Positions 44,900 to 51,668 of a DNA stretch of 51,668 nt are shown piece after piece; within the stretch, counting starts at the first letter, position 1; each line of letters opens with the position of its first letter. The position numbers were made by a program, and so were the translations under genes. Source of the stretch: Clostridia bacterium (GTDB lineage Bacteria; Bacillota; Clostridia; Oscillospirales; CAG-272); assembly GCA_900753295.1 (NCBI GenBank), contig CAADYQ010000151.1:1-51668 (forward strand), in the 5' to 3' direction. The notes under the pieces were generated by a model. The model was given only the letters and a program-made list of their open reading frames with translations. It made no database searches and was not told where the DNA came from.

Positions 44900-44918
44900 C
44901 AGGTACGGAGACACGACC

Positions 44919-45707
44919 GTGGAAGGAATAACCTATAAGCTTGAAAAATTCGAAGGTCCGCTCGACCTTCTTCTGAATCTCATACACAAAAACAAGGTAC
45001 AGATCGAGGATATTCCGATATCTCTCATCTGCGACCAATATATCGAATACATCGCACGCGCGCAGGAACTTGATATTGAGCTTGCCGTTGAATTCCTGAG
45101 CATGGCAAGCGAGCTTATGCTGATCAAGAGCCGCATGCTCCTCCCCCGCGAGGTCCCCGAGGAGGAAGACCCGCGTGCGCGTCTGGCAGAGGCGATCGCA
45201 CGTCTCGAGGCTGCCAAAAAAGCCGCCGCAAAGCTCGGCGAAAGATACAAGCAATACTCCGGACGTATGGAGAAGGACACCGATGAAATATCGGTGGACA
45301 AAACATATGTTGCGGATCAGGACCCCGACAGGCTGTATGAAGCGATGCGGCGTGTGCTTTCATATGCAAACACGCACAAGGAAGCCCGCGGCGAGCTTGT
45401 GCGTCCTATGGCAAAGCCGATCATTCCGGTTGAGTTGAAAATAATCGGGATAATGGAGCATTTCCGCAATGCGGAAACGACCTGCGACCTCGGCACACTG
45501 CTTGACGACGCAGTATCGCGCCCCGACCTTGTGGCAATATTCATCGGCGTTCTTGAGCTGGTGAAGATGCGCCGGCTTGTAATAATAGAGGGTGCGGATG
45601 AGCTTGAGACGCTTCACGGCGTTGGCACGCGCTTCGCCATAGGCGTTGCCGCGGACGGTGATGACACCGACGATATCGGCGCAGACCTTGCGGAAATGAA
45701 CAGATAA
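44919..45707 (+). CDS. scpA: segregation and condensation protein A
   Basis: GTG start. KLEKFEGPLDLLLNLIHKNKVQIEDIPI is the hallmark ScpA N-terminus. Confidence 0.9.
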   Translation: MEGITYKLEKFEGPLDLLLNLIHKNKVQIEDIPISLICDQYIEYIARAQELDIELAVEFLSMASELMLIKSRMLLPREVPEEEDPRARLAEAIARLEAAKKAAAKLGERYKQYSGRMEKDTDEISVDKTYVADQDPDRLYEAMRRVLSYANTHKEARGELVRPMAKPIIPVELKIIGIMEHFRNAETTCDLGTLLDDAVSRPDLVAIFIGVLELVKMRRLVIIEGADELETLHGVGTRFAIGVAADGDDTDDIGADLAEMNR

Positions 45708-45720
45708 CGAGGACAGGACA

Positions 45721-46329
45721 TTGGAAAACGAACGTCTTACAGATATAAAACAGCTTGAGGGCGCCATTGAGGCGATACTCTTTGCCGCCGGGCATCCGAT
45801 GGGATATTCCAAGCTCGGCGAAGTGTTGGGACTCACGCCCCGCGACACAAAGCAGCTCGTTATGCATCTTGCCGAGCGCTGGGGACGCGACGAGAACGGC
45901 GGAGTCATGCTTCTTACATTTGATTCGTCATGTCAGCTATGTACGAATGAAAAATATCTTCCCTATATACGCGAAGCACTCGGGATAAAGCGCGGCGGCA
46001 ATCTTTCGGCATCATCGCTCGAAGTACTTGCCATAGCCGCGTACAATCAGCCGGTGACGCGTGCGTTTATAGACACGGTGCGCGGCGTGGATTCGGCATA
46101 CGCCGTAGGCTCGCTGCTCGACAAGGAGCTTATAGCTCCGGTCGGCAGGCTTGACGCTCCCGGCAGACCGATGCTTTACGGCACGACCGAAAAATTTTTG
46201 CGCGTATTCGGGCTTTCGTCGATAAAAGAACTGCCTGAGGCTGATTCGGTGCTTGCTGCGGTCGATGCGCTTGCCAACCGTAACGATGAGGACGGCGAAG
46301 CCGACGAAGAAACCGAAAGCGACGAGTAA
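45721..46329 (+). CDS. scpB: segregation and condensation protein B
   Basis: TTG start. LEGAIEAILFAAGHPM...LSASSLEVLAIAAYNQPVTRAFID...PGRPMLYGTT. Confidence 0.9.
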   Translation: MENERLTDIKQLEGAIEAILFAAGHPMGYSKLGEVLGLTPRDTKQLVMHLAERWGRDENGGVMLLTFDSSCQLCTNEKYLPYIREALGIKRGGNLSASSLEVLAIAAYNQPVTRAFIDTVRGVDSAYAVGSLLDKELIAPVGRLDAPGRPMLYGTTEKFLRVFGLSSIKELPEADSVLAAVDALANRNDEDGEADEETESDE

Positions 46330-46367
46330 CATCAACAGAGATAAATACATGGCAAGGAGGCGGTGTC

Positions 46368-47048
46368 TTGACGGCGCTCTGCATTATCGGCGGAATATTT
46401 TTGCTGTTTTTCGGAATAGCAATGATACGCGCCGAGGTAATAATAAAATACACCGACGACTTCGGACTTGCCGTGCGCGTTTGCGGTATAAAGATAACCA
46501 TAATGCCGCGAAAGCAGAAAAAAATACGTCCGCGCGATTATTCTCCGAAGAAGCTCGCAAAGCGGGCGGCAAAGGAAAAGAAAAAAGCCGAAAAAGCAGC
46601 GGCAAAGAAAAAAGAAAAGGACGCAAAAAAGGCAGCCGACAAAGCCGCCAAGGCAGAAGCCCAAAAAGCCGGTAAGGTCAAAAAGAAGCCGCTGGGAGAA
46701 ACGATATCTCTCATTCTCGCGCTCGTCAGGACGGCTGTTGGCAGATTTGCGCGGCATCTGCGTGTCCGCGTAGCACGCCTGCATATAAATGTGGCGACCG
46801 GCGACGCGGCAAACACCGCGATACTTTACGGCGCGATAGCACAGTCCGCGGCATATATCGCCGCTCTGCTCGACAGCACAAAAACACTTAAAAATCCCGC
46901 GCGGTCGGATGTTGACATCCGCGCCGATTACCTTTCCGAAAAGACCACCGCAGACATTGAGATCGGCTTTTCGATACGCGTCTGGCAGGTGTTCGACGTT
47001 CTTATCCGAACAGGAATAACGTTTATAAAAAAAGAACTAAAGAAATAA
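46368..47048 (+). CDS. DUF2953 (YtfI-like) sporulation-associated membrane protein
   Basis: TTG start with AGGAGG 7 nt upstream. N-terminal TM, a Lys/Ala-rich low-complexity linker. Lies immediately upstream of ytfJ, as in Bacillus. Confidence 0.6.
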   Translation: MTALCIIGGIFLLFFGIAMIRAEVIIKYTDDFGLAVRVCGIKITIMPRKQKKIRPRDYSPKKLAKRAAKEKKKAEKAAAKKKEKDAKKAADKAAKAEAQKAGKVKKKPLGETISLILALVRTAVGRFARHLRVRVARLHINVATGDAANTAILYGAIAQSAAYIAALLDSTKTLKNPARSDVDIRADYLSEKTTADIEIGFSIRVWQVFDVLIRTGITFIKKELKK

Positions 47049-47073
47049 TTTCAATATATGAAAGGAAACCGCT

Positions 47074-47499
47074 ATGGCTTCATCAGAAAACAAACTTCAG
47101 GAAATCATTCAGTCCTCGCTTGAAAACATTCGCTCGATGATCGATGCTAACACCGTCATCGGCAACCCCATCAGCACCCCGTCCGGAACCGTTATAATTC
47201 CCGTATCAAAAATTTCAATGGGATTCGCCTCCGGCGGCATGGACTTCAACGGTAAAAACGAGGAAGCCATGCGTGCAAGACTCCAGAACTTCGGCGGAGG
47301 CGGCGGAACCGGTCTTTCCATCGCTCCGGTAGGTTTCCTTGTTGTCGGCGCTGACGGAAGCGTTGACATGATAAATGTCGGCAGGGAGGCTCAGAACGGC
47401 GCGATCGAGCAGGTCGCCGGCGTTATCGAGCGTTCGCCCGAAATAATCGCTAAGATCAAGACCATATTTGTTAAGGACAAAGACAAGGACGAGGAATAA
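47074..47499 (+). CDS. ytfJ: GerW/YtfJ family sporulation protein
   Basis: NTVIGNPISTPSGTVIIPVSKISMGFASGG...GGGGGTGLSIAPVGFLVV. Confidence 0.8.
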   Translation: MASSENKLQEIIQSSLENIRSMIDANTVIGNPISTPSGTVIIPVSKISMGFASGGMDFNGKNEEAMRARLQNFGGGGGTGLSIAPVGFLVVGADGSVDMINVGREAQNGAIEQVAGVIERSPEIIAKIKTIFVKDKDKDEE

Positions 47500-47566
47500 G
47501 CCTTGCAAGCATAAGTAAGCTCCCGGAGTAATATAATTTTTTAGAAAATTACTCCGGAGAGTTGTT

Positions 47567-48730
47567 ATGCGAAAAAAAAGATATCTGACACTTACAGTCA
47601 TAATATGTCTTATCGCGTCGTTCCTGATGCCGTCGGCTCATGCCGGTGCTGTCGCGGAGCCGATATCCGCAAAGGACATATCGGCAAAGTCCGCGATACT
47701 GCTTGACGTCGGCGATGGCGGAGCGGGTGTTTTATGGGAAAAGAATGCCCATGCGCGGCTGCCGATGGCAAGCACGACCAAGATCATGACGGCGCTTGTG
47801 GCTATCGAAGCTCTGCCGCTTTCAACGGTGGTGGAGATACCTCCCGCCGCAGTCGGGATAGAGGGATCATCGGTGTATCTTTGCGCCGGCGAGCATCAGA
47901 CGCTTGAGGCACTGCTCTACGCCCTTATGCTTGAATCCGCCAACGATGCCGCAGTCGCGATAGCGATAGCCGTTGCAGGCTCGCCGGAGGCGTTTGCGGA
48001 GATGATGAACGATCGTGCCAAGGCTCTCGGTCTTGAGGACACGCATTTTGTCAATCCGCACGGGTTGGACGATCCGGAGCACTACACCTCGGCATACGAC
48101 CTTGCCGTTATCGCCGGTGAAGCCTTTCGCAACCAAGACCTCAGCCGCATTGCCGGGACATACCATTCCACGATGCCGCTCGGAGACTCCGGCGGCGCGC
48201 GTCTGCTAATAAACCACCACCGGCTCCTTCGTTCTTATGACGGTGCTATCGGCGGCAAAACGGGCTTCACCAAAAAAAGCGGTCGCTGTCTTGTCAGCGC
48301 CGCAGAGCGCGACGGCTTACGGCTCATCTCGGTGACGATCTCCGCGCCGAATGACTGGCAGGACCACGAGCGTCTGCTCGACTACGGCTTTGCGACGTAC
48401 GAAAGCGTTCGTCTCGCCGCCGCAGGTGAGCTTGAATACGCCGTATCCTTGAGCGGCGGTGAGCAAAACACCGTGCTCGCATCCAATCCCGGCGAAGTCC
48501 GTGTTACACTTCCCCGCACGCACGGCGAGATAACGACCGACGTTTTGCTTACCGACATTGCACAGGCTCCGGTAAAGCGCGGCGACAAGCTGGGGGCGTT
48601 GCGATGGAGCTGTGACGGAAAAGATATCGCATCCTCAGACATCTGCGCCGAATATAATGCGGCGGCGCATAAAAACAAAAAATTCAGGCTGATAGAGTGG
48701 TTTTTATCGCTTTTCGGGCTGAAAATCTGA
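47567..48730 (+). CDS. dacB: D-alanyl-D-alanine carboxypeptidase (peptidase S11, low-MW PBP)
   Basis: Signal peptide, SxxK (ASTTK), SxN (ESAND), KTG (GGKTGFT). The symbol is assigned by synteny with scpAB and rluB only. Confidence 0.8.
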   Translation: MRKKRYLTLTVIICLIASFLMPSAHAGAVAEPISAKDISAKSAILLDVGDGGAGVLWEKNAHARLPMASTTKIMTALVAIEALPLSTVVEIPPAAVGIEGSSVYLCAGEHQTLEALLYALMLESANDAAVAIAIAVAGSPEAFAEMMNDRAKALGLEDTHFVNPHGLDDPEHYTSAYDLAVIAGEAFRNQDLSRIAGTYHSTMPLGDSGGARLLINHHRLLRSYDGAIGGKTGFTKKSGRCLVSAAERDGLRLISVTISAPNDWQDHERLLDYGFATYESVRLAAAGELEYAVSLSGGEQNTVLASNPGEVRVTLPRTHGEITTDVLLTDIAQAPVKRGDKLGALRWSCDGKDIASSDICAEYNAAAHKNKKFRLIEWFLSLFGLKI

Positions 48731-48748
48731 AAAAAAGTAAGTACATCT

Positions 48749-49480
48749 ATGGAAAAAATCAGGATACAGAAATTTTTCTCCGACTGCGGCGTGCTTTCAC
48801 GCCGCGCTGCGGAGGCTGAAATAGAAGCGGGACATGTGACCGTAAACGGCAGACCTGCCGGACTCGGCGACAAGATCGATCCCTCGCGGGATGTTGTTGC
48901 ATGGAAGGGTGAGCGTCTTATATTCACTCCGCGCAGCGAGCGCGAGCGCAAATATATAGCCCTGTACAAGCCGCGCGGGTTCGTATGCACGCTTGCGGAC
49001 GAAAAAGGCAGACGTCAGGTCACAGAACTTGTAGCGGATGCCGGCAGCAGGGTCTACCCCGTCGGCAGGCTCGATATGGCGTCCGAGGGGCTTTTGCTCC
49101 TCACCGACGACGGTGAATTTGCAAACATGATGACGCACCCGCGCAATCATGTGTCAAAGGTATACCATGTGCGTGTGCGCGGAGAGATAACCGACAAAAC
49201 GCTTGAGCTTTTGTCATCCCCGCTCATGATCGACGGCAAAAAAATACGCCCGGTGAAGGTAGAAGTGCTTGAATTTTATCCCGACGGCGCTACGCTTGAA
49301 ATGACTCTGTACGAGGGGCGCAACCGCCAGATAAGAAAAATGTGCGACATTGCGCGCATAGACGTTGTGCGGCTCAAGCGCACTGCCATAGGTGACCTGA
49401 CCTTGCACGGGCTGAAGTGCGGTCAGTGGCGCTACCTTGACCCGCAGGAGGTCATAAACCTCAAGCGCGCTGTGAAATGA
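48749..49480 (+). CDS. rluB: 23S rRNA pseudouridine synthase RluB-like (RsuA family with S4 domain)
   Basis: S4 N-terminus RIQKFFSDCGVLSRRAAE. Catalytic motif PVGRLDMASEGLLLLTDDG. Confidence 0.85.
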   Translation: MEKIRIQKFFSDCGVLSRRAAEAEIEAGHVTVNGRPAGLGDKIDPSRDVVAWKGERLIFTPRSERERKYIALYKPRGFVCTLADEKGRRQVTELVADAGSRVYPVGRLDMASEGLLLLTDDGEFANMMTHPRNHVSKVYHVRVRGEITDKTLELLSSPLMIDGKKIRPVKVEVLEFYPDGATLEMTLYEGRNRQIRKMCDIARIDVVRLKRTAIGDLTLHGLKCGQWRYLDPQEVINLKRAVK

Positions 49481-49488
49481 GGTAAACG

Positions 49489-49875
49489 ATGCTTGAAGTA
49501 ATACCTATCCAGACAAAAACCGAGCAGGAGGCGCTGGCGGCAAGAGTAGGCGCGGAATTTCTGCCGGACGCGCTGGCATACAGAGCCGATGCGGACGGTG
49601 AATTTGTAGGCATGTGTCAGTTTCGCCTCGATCCGTCGGGCGGGCATATGCTGACGCTCGATTCCCTGCCGGGACACGAGGATTTTCAGCCCATGTTTGT
49701 AATGGGACGCGCCGCGCTGAATTTTATGGAGCTTTGCGGAGCGGAAACAGCGTATTATGAAGCTCCATTGCGCGACCGCGTGCTTGTGGGCGCTATCGGC
49801 TTCCGCGAGGATAAAAACGGAAAGCTGAAGGTCGATCTCAAGGGCTTTTTCGATCATCCGTGTCAGCATAAATAA
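49489..49875 (+). CDS. hypothetical protein (128 aa)
   Basis: Tight spacing after rluB (8 nt) and genome-typical codon usage. No family recognised. Confidence 0.55.
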   Translation: MLEVIPIQTKTEQEALAARVGAEFLPDALAYRADADGEFVGMCQFRLDPSGGHMLTLDSLPGHEDFQPMFVMGRAALNFMELCGAETAYYEAPLRDRVLVGAIGFREDKNGKLKVDLKGFFDHPCQHK

Positions 49876-49880
49876 GTATT

Positions 49881-49916
49881 AACGGGACTGTCGCGCTAAC
49901 GTGCGACAGTCCCGTT
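49881..49916 (+). terminator. 14-bp hairpin with a weak U-tract
   Basis: AACGGGACTGTCGC-loop-GCGACAGTCCCGTT. Sequence-related to the hairpin at 27431..27458. Confidence 0.5.
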
Positions 49917-50120
49917 ATCATGTCACGAACATTCACATTGAGTTCATATTTCTGGTGTATACTTATCTTGTGTTCGGCATAGGCGTTTGCCGCGAAAGCG
50001 GGGCGCAGCGGCGCGCGGGAAGTATCCCGGCGTGTTCCGGCGTCGGGCACATCAGTGGTTAACGAAAAAAATCAAAGCCCAAGCCGGATATTTCCGGCAG
50101 CCGGCAAGGATTTTTCTTCG

Positions 50121-50148
50121 CGCGGTTCGACTCCGCCTCCAAAACACC
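50121..50148 (+). other. tRNA/tmRNA 3'-end-like fragment (T-arm motif only)
   Basis: CGCGG-TTCGACT-CCGCC then TCCAAAACACC. It has a T-loop consensus, but no matching 5' acceptor strand and no anticodon arm upstream. Confidence 0.3.
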
Positions 50149-50195
50149 TTGTAAGTGTTTTTTTAATTTGAATTCTTCGGAATTCAAGCTCAATC

Positions 50196-50372
50196 GGCGA
50201 AGGCTGACGACGCCCTGCCCTGTGCAGCGCCTCATGCGCCTTGCCGTTCCGGGGATACCGCGCGCGCCGCCGCGAGCCAGACTGTGGCTTTTTAGCCGCA
50301 GTTCCGCTCAAAGACTGCACACGCTCAACCGGGATGCCGCGCATGAAGCGCGGGCGGATGTCCGCCTTCGCC
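50196..50372 (+). ncRNA. candidate structured RNA element / 5' leader of the SPFH gene (class unknown)
   Basis: A 9-bp closing helix GGCGAAGGC (50196-50204) / GCCTTCGCC (50364-50372) encloses a 7-bp helix (50221-27/50315-21), an 8-bp hairpin (50282-50301, one G-U pair, so the forward strand is favoured) and a 6-bp hairpin (50337-50353). No credible ORF. Confidence 0.35.
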
Positions 50373-50409
50373 ACCCATCATCGACTACCGACAAAAGGAA
50401 GGTGTTAAA

Positions 50410-51519
50410 ATGAAAAAAATGTCATTTACAGTGAACGGCTCCGAATGCGGCCTGATGTATAAAAAAGGCAAGCTTGCGGCAGTTCTCGGTCCAGGCAAAT
50501 ATTCAACGCTCGGAAGCCGCGAGTATAGTTCAATGTCCTCCGATTCCGACATAATCGCGCTAACAGGCTGCACAGCCGATGCACTCCGCAAAGCCGACGG
50601 CGCAGACAGCATCACCATAACCGATGTTGCCGACCGCACGATCGCTCTTCATTATGTTGACGGTCACTTTGTCGGTGCGCTCAACGCGGGCACGCATGCC
50701 TTCTTCAATGCAGCCGGCAAGCATGAATTCAAAACCGTTGACACATCCGATCCGGTCGTGTCCGACGATATTCCCGAATATATTTTTGAAACGCTTTCGG
50801 GAAGATATTACACCGAGATCCATGTGAGCGAATATCAGAAGGCGCGCGTTTACTTCAACAACAAGCTCCACGCGGTGCTTGATGCGGGGCGCTATTTCTT
50901 CTGGAACACCGAAAACACGGTGTCCTTCGACTTTGTTGACACCCGTCTGCTCCAGTGCGACATTCCCGGTCAGGAAATGCTGACGCGCGACAAGGTGACT
51001 ATCCGCGTGAATTTTGTCTGCAATTACAAGATCACCGACTTTGTAAAGATCTCCGCTGAGGTAGATAACTATGAGAACCAGCTCTACACCGCCGCACAGT
51101 TATCGCTTCGCGAATATGTCGGTGCGCACACGCTCGACGAGATACTTGAAAACAAAAAGGACATGGGACGCGCGGTGCTTGGCGAGCTTACGGTAAAGGC
51201 GAAGGATCTTTATATCGATATAAAGAGCGCCGATGTCAAGGATATAATCCTGCCCGGCGAAATACGCGACATTATGAATTCCGTGCTGGCTGCCGAAAAG
51301 CAGGCGCAGGCGAACGTAATAACCCGCCGCGAGGAGGTCGCTTCCACGCGCTCACTGCTCAACACAGCAAAGCTTATGGAGGAAAACGCGACGCTTTACA
51401 AGCTCAAGGAGCTTGAATATGTTGAAAAGATATGCCGCAATGTAGGCAACATCAATGTGACCGGCGGCGATATGCTCTCTCAACTTACCGAGATACTTCG
51501 CGGACATAAGGAAAATTAA
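50410..51519 (+). CDS. SPFH/band-7 (slipin-like) domain protein
   Basis: GGAAGGTG 5 nt upstream of the ATG. C-terminal half TRDKVTIRVNFVCNYKI...LREYVG...LDEIL...AEKQAQANVI is SPFH-typical. The N-terminal 170 aa are unassigned and have no TM. Confidence 0.85.
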   Translation: MKKMSFTVNGSECGLMYKKGKLAAVLGPGKYSTLGSREYSSMSSDSDIIALTGCTADALRKADGADSITITDVADRTIALHYVDGHFVGALNAGTHAFFNAAGKHEFKTVDTSDPVVSDDIPEYIFETLSGRYYTEIHVSEYQKARVYFNNKLHAVLDAGRYFFWNTENTVSFDFVDTRLLQCDIPGQEMLTRDKVTIRVNFVCNYKITDFVKISAEVDNYENQLYTAAQLSLREYVGAHTLDEILENKKDMGRAVLGELTVKAKDLYIDIKSADVKDIILPGEIRDIMNSVLAAEKQAQANVITRREEVASTRSLLNTAKLMEENATLYKLKELEYVEKICRNVGNINVTGGDMLSQLTEILRGHKEN

Positions 51520-51534
51520 ATCAGCTAAAAATCA

Positions 51535-51575
51535 ATCGGGGCGCCGCGCATATGCGAGACGCCCCGATATTTGTT
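51535..51575 (+). terminator. intrinsic terminator
   Basis: ATCGGGGCG...CGCCCCGAT stem with inner palindrome CGCATATGCG, followed by ATTTGTT. Confidence 0.65.
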
Positions 51576-51668
51576 GGCTTTTTATTTTGGCTCTATGTCA
51601 ATAGTTGGGGTGAAAAAAACTGACGAAACCATAAGTAACCATTGAATAGCATAGGGAAAGCGTCACGA

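Noticed and set aside
46540-46690. Repetitive A/G-rich DNA that looked like a tandem repeat
   Set aside because: It is in-frame Lys/Ala/Glu-rich low-complexity coding sequence within the DUF2953 gene (KKLAKRAAKEKKKAEKAAAKKKEKDAKKAADKAAKAEAQKAGK). It is not a discrete repeat array or a CRISPR.
50060-50150. Possible tRNA or tmRNA gene, because of GGTTCGACTCC
   Set aside because: The complement of the would-be 3' acceptor strand (TTTTGGA or TTTGGAG) is absent upstream. There is no 5-bp/7-nt anticodon arm, no CCA, and no tmRNA-like 5' end or tag reading frame. It is only a fragment.
50072-50413. ORFs 50072..50374 (-, 100 aa) and 50168..50413 (+, 81 aa) in the long intergenic gap
   Set aside because: Both are Arg/Pro-rich, have no SD-like sequence before the start (the reverse one starts at GTG), and run straight through strong hairpins. 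I treat the region as non-coding structured DNA/RNA instead.
1-51668. Mobile elements, prophage, CRISPR-Cas, restriction-modification, toxin-antitoxin or known defence-system genes
   Set aside because: No transposase, integrase, recombinase, reverse transcriptase, nuclease/helicase defence signature or spaced direct-repeat array was recognisable in any frame. The window looks like core chromosome with a few accessory insertions.

Overview
A 51.7-kb, moderately GC-rich chromosomal segment that looks like a spore-forming Firmicute of the Clostridia type. It is densely packed with about 55 protein-coding genes, and most of them are ordinary housekeeping or accessory metabolism genes. Bacillus-like synteny blocks are present: gpr-spoIIP, lon-engB, and scpA-scpB-ytfI-ytfJ-dacB-rluB. 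Other content includes a complete ferrous-iron uptake locus (feoA-feoA-feoB, a Cys-rich small membrane protein, a DtxR-family repressor, an HMA protein and a DUF2325 protein). There is also a SufC/SufBD pair, a heterodimeric ABC exporter pair, three or four solute-binding lipoproteins with no adjacent permease genes, a GH36 alpha-galactosidase, MATE and MFS transporters, NUDIX, TcdA, RNase HI and an SPFH protein. I found no rRNA or tRNA gene, CRISPR array, transposase, integrase, phage module or recognisable defence system. I cannot honestly point to a clear novel multi-gene system. The best leads are listed here. (1) A promoter, 16-codon leader ORF and two tandem terminators, with an alternative 9-bp pairing, lie upstream of a function-unknown ABC-ATPase-class gene, and the whole module is bracketed by a 28-30-nt direct repeat. 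(2) An XRE-HTH/S24-peptidase (LexA-like) repressor is divergently paired with a small two-TM membrane protein, with three helically phased direct repeats over both promoters. This could be an SOS-type division-inhibitor analogue. (3) Three TTAGC-N4-GCTAA palindromes lie in the feo control region. (4) An intergenic region of about 490 nt has no credible ORF, carries a tRNA T-arm-like fragment and a hairpin-rich element closed by a 9-bp long-range helix, and sits upstream of the SPFH gene. Many very long antisense shadow ORFs in the track were rejected as non-coding. All product calls rest on motif recognition by eye from the translations. No database search was run.
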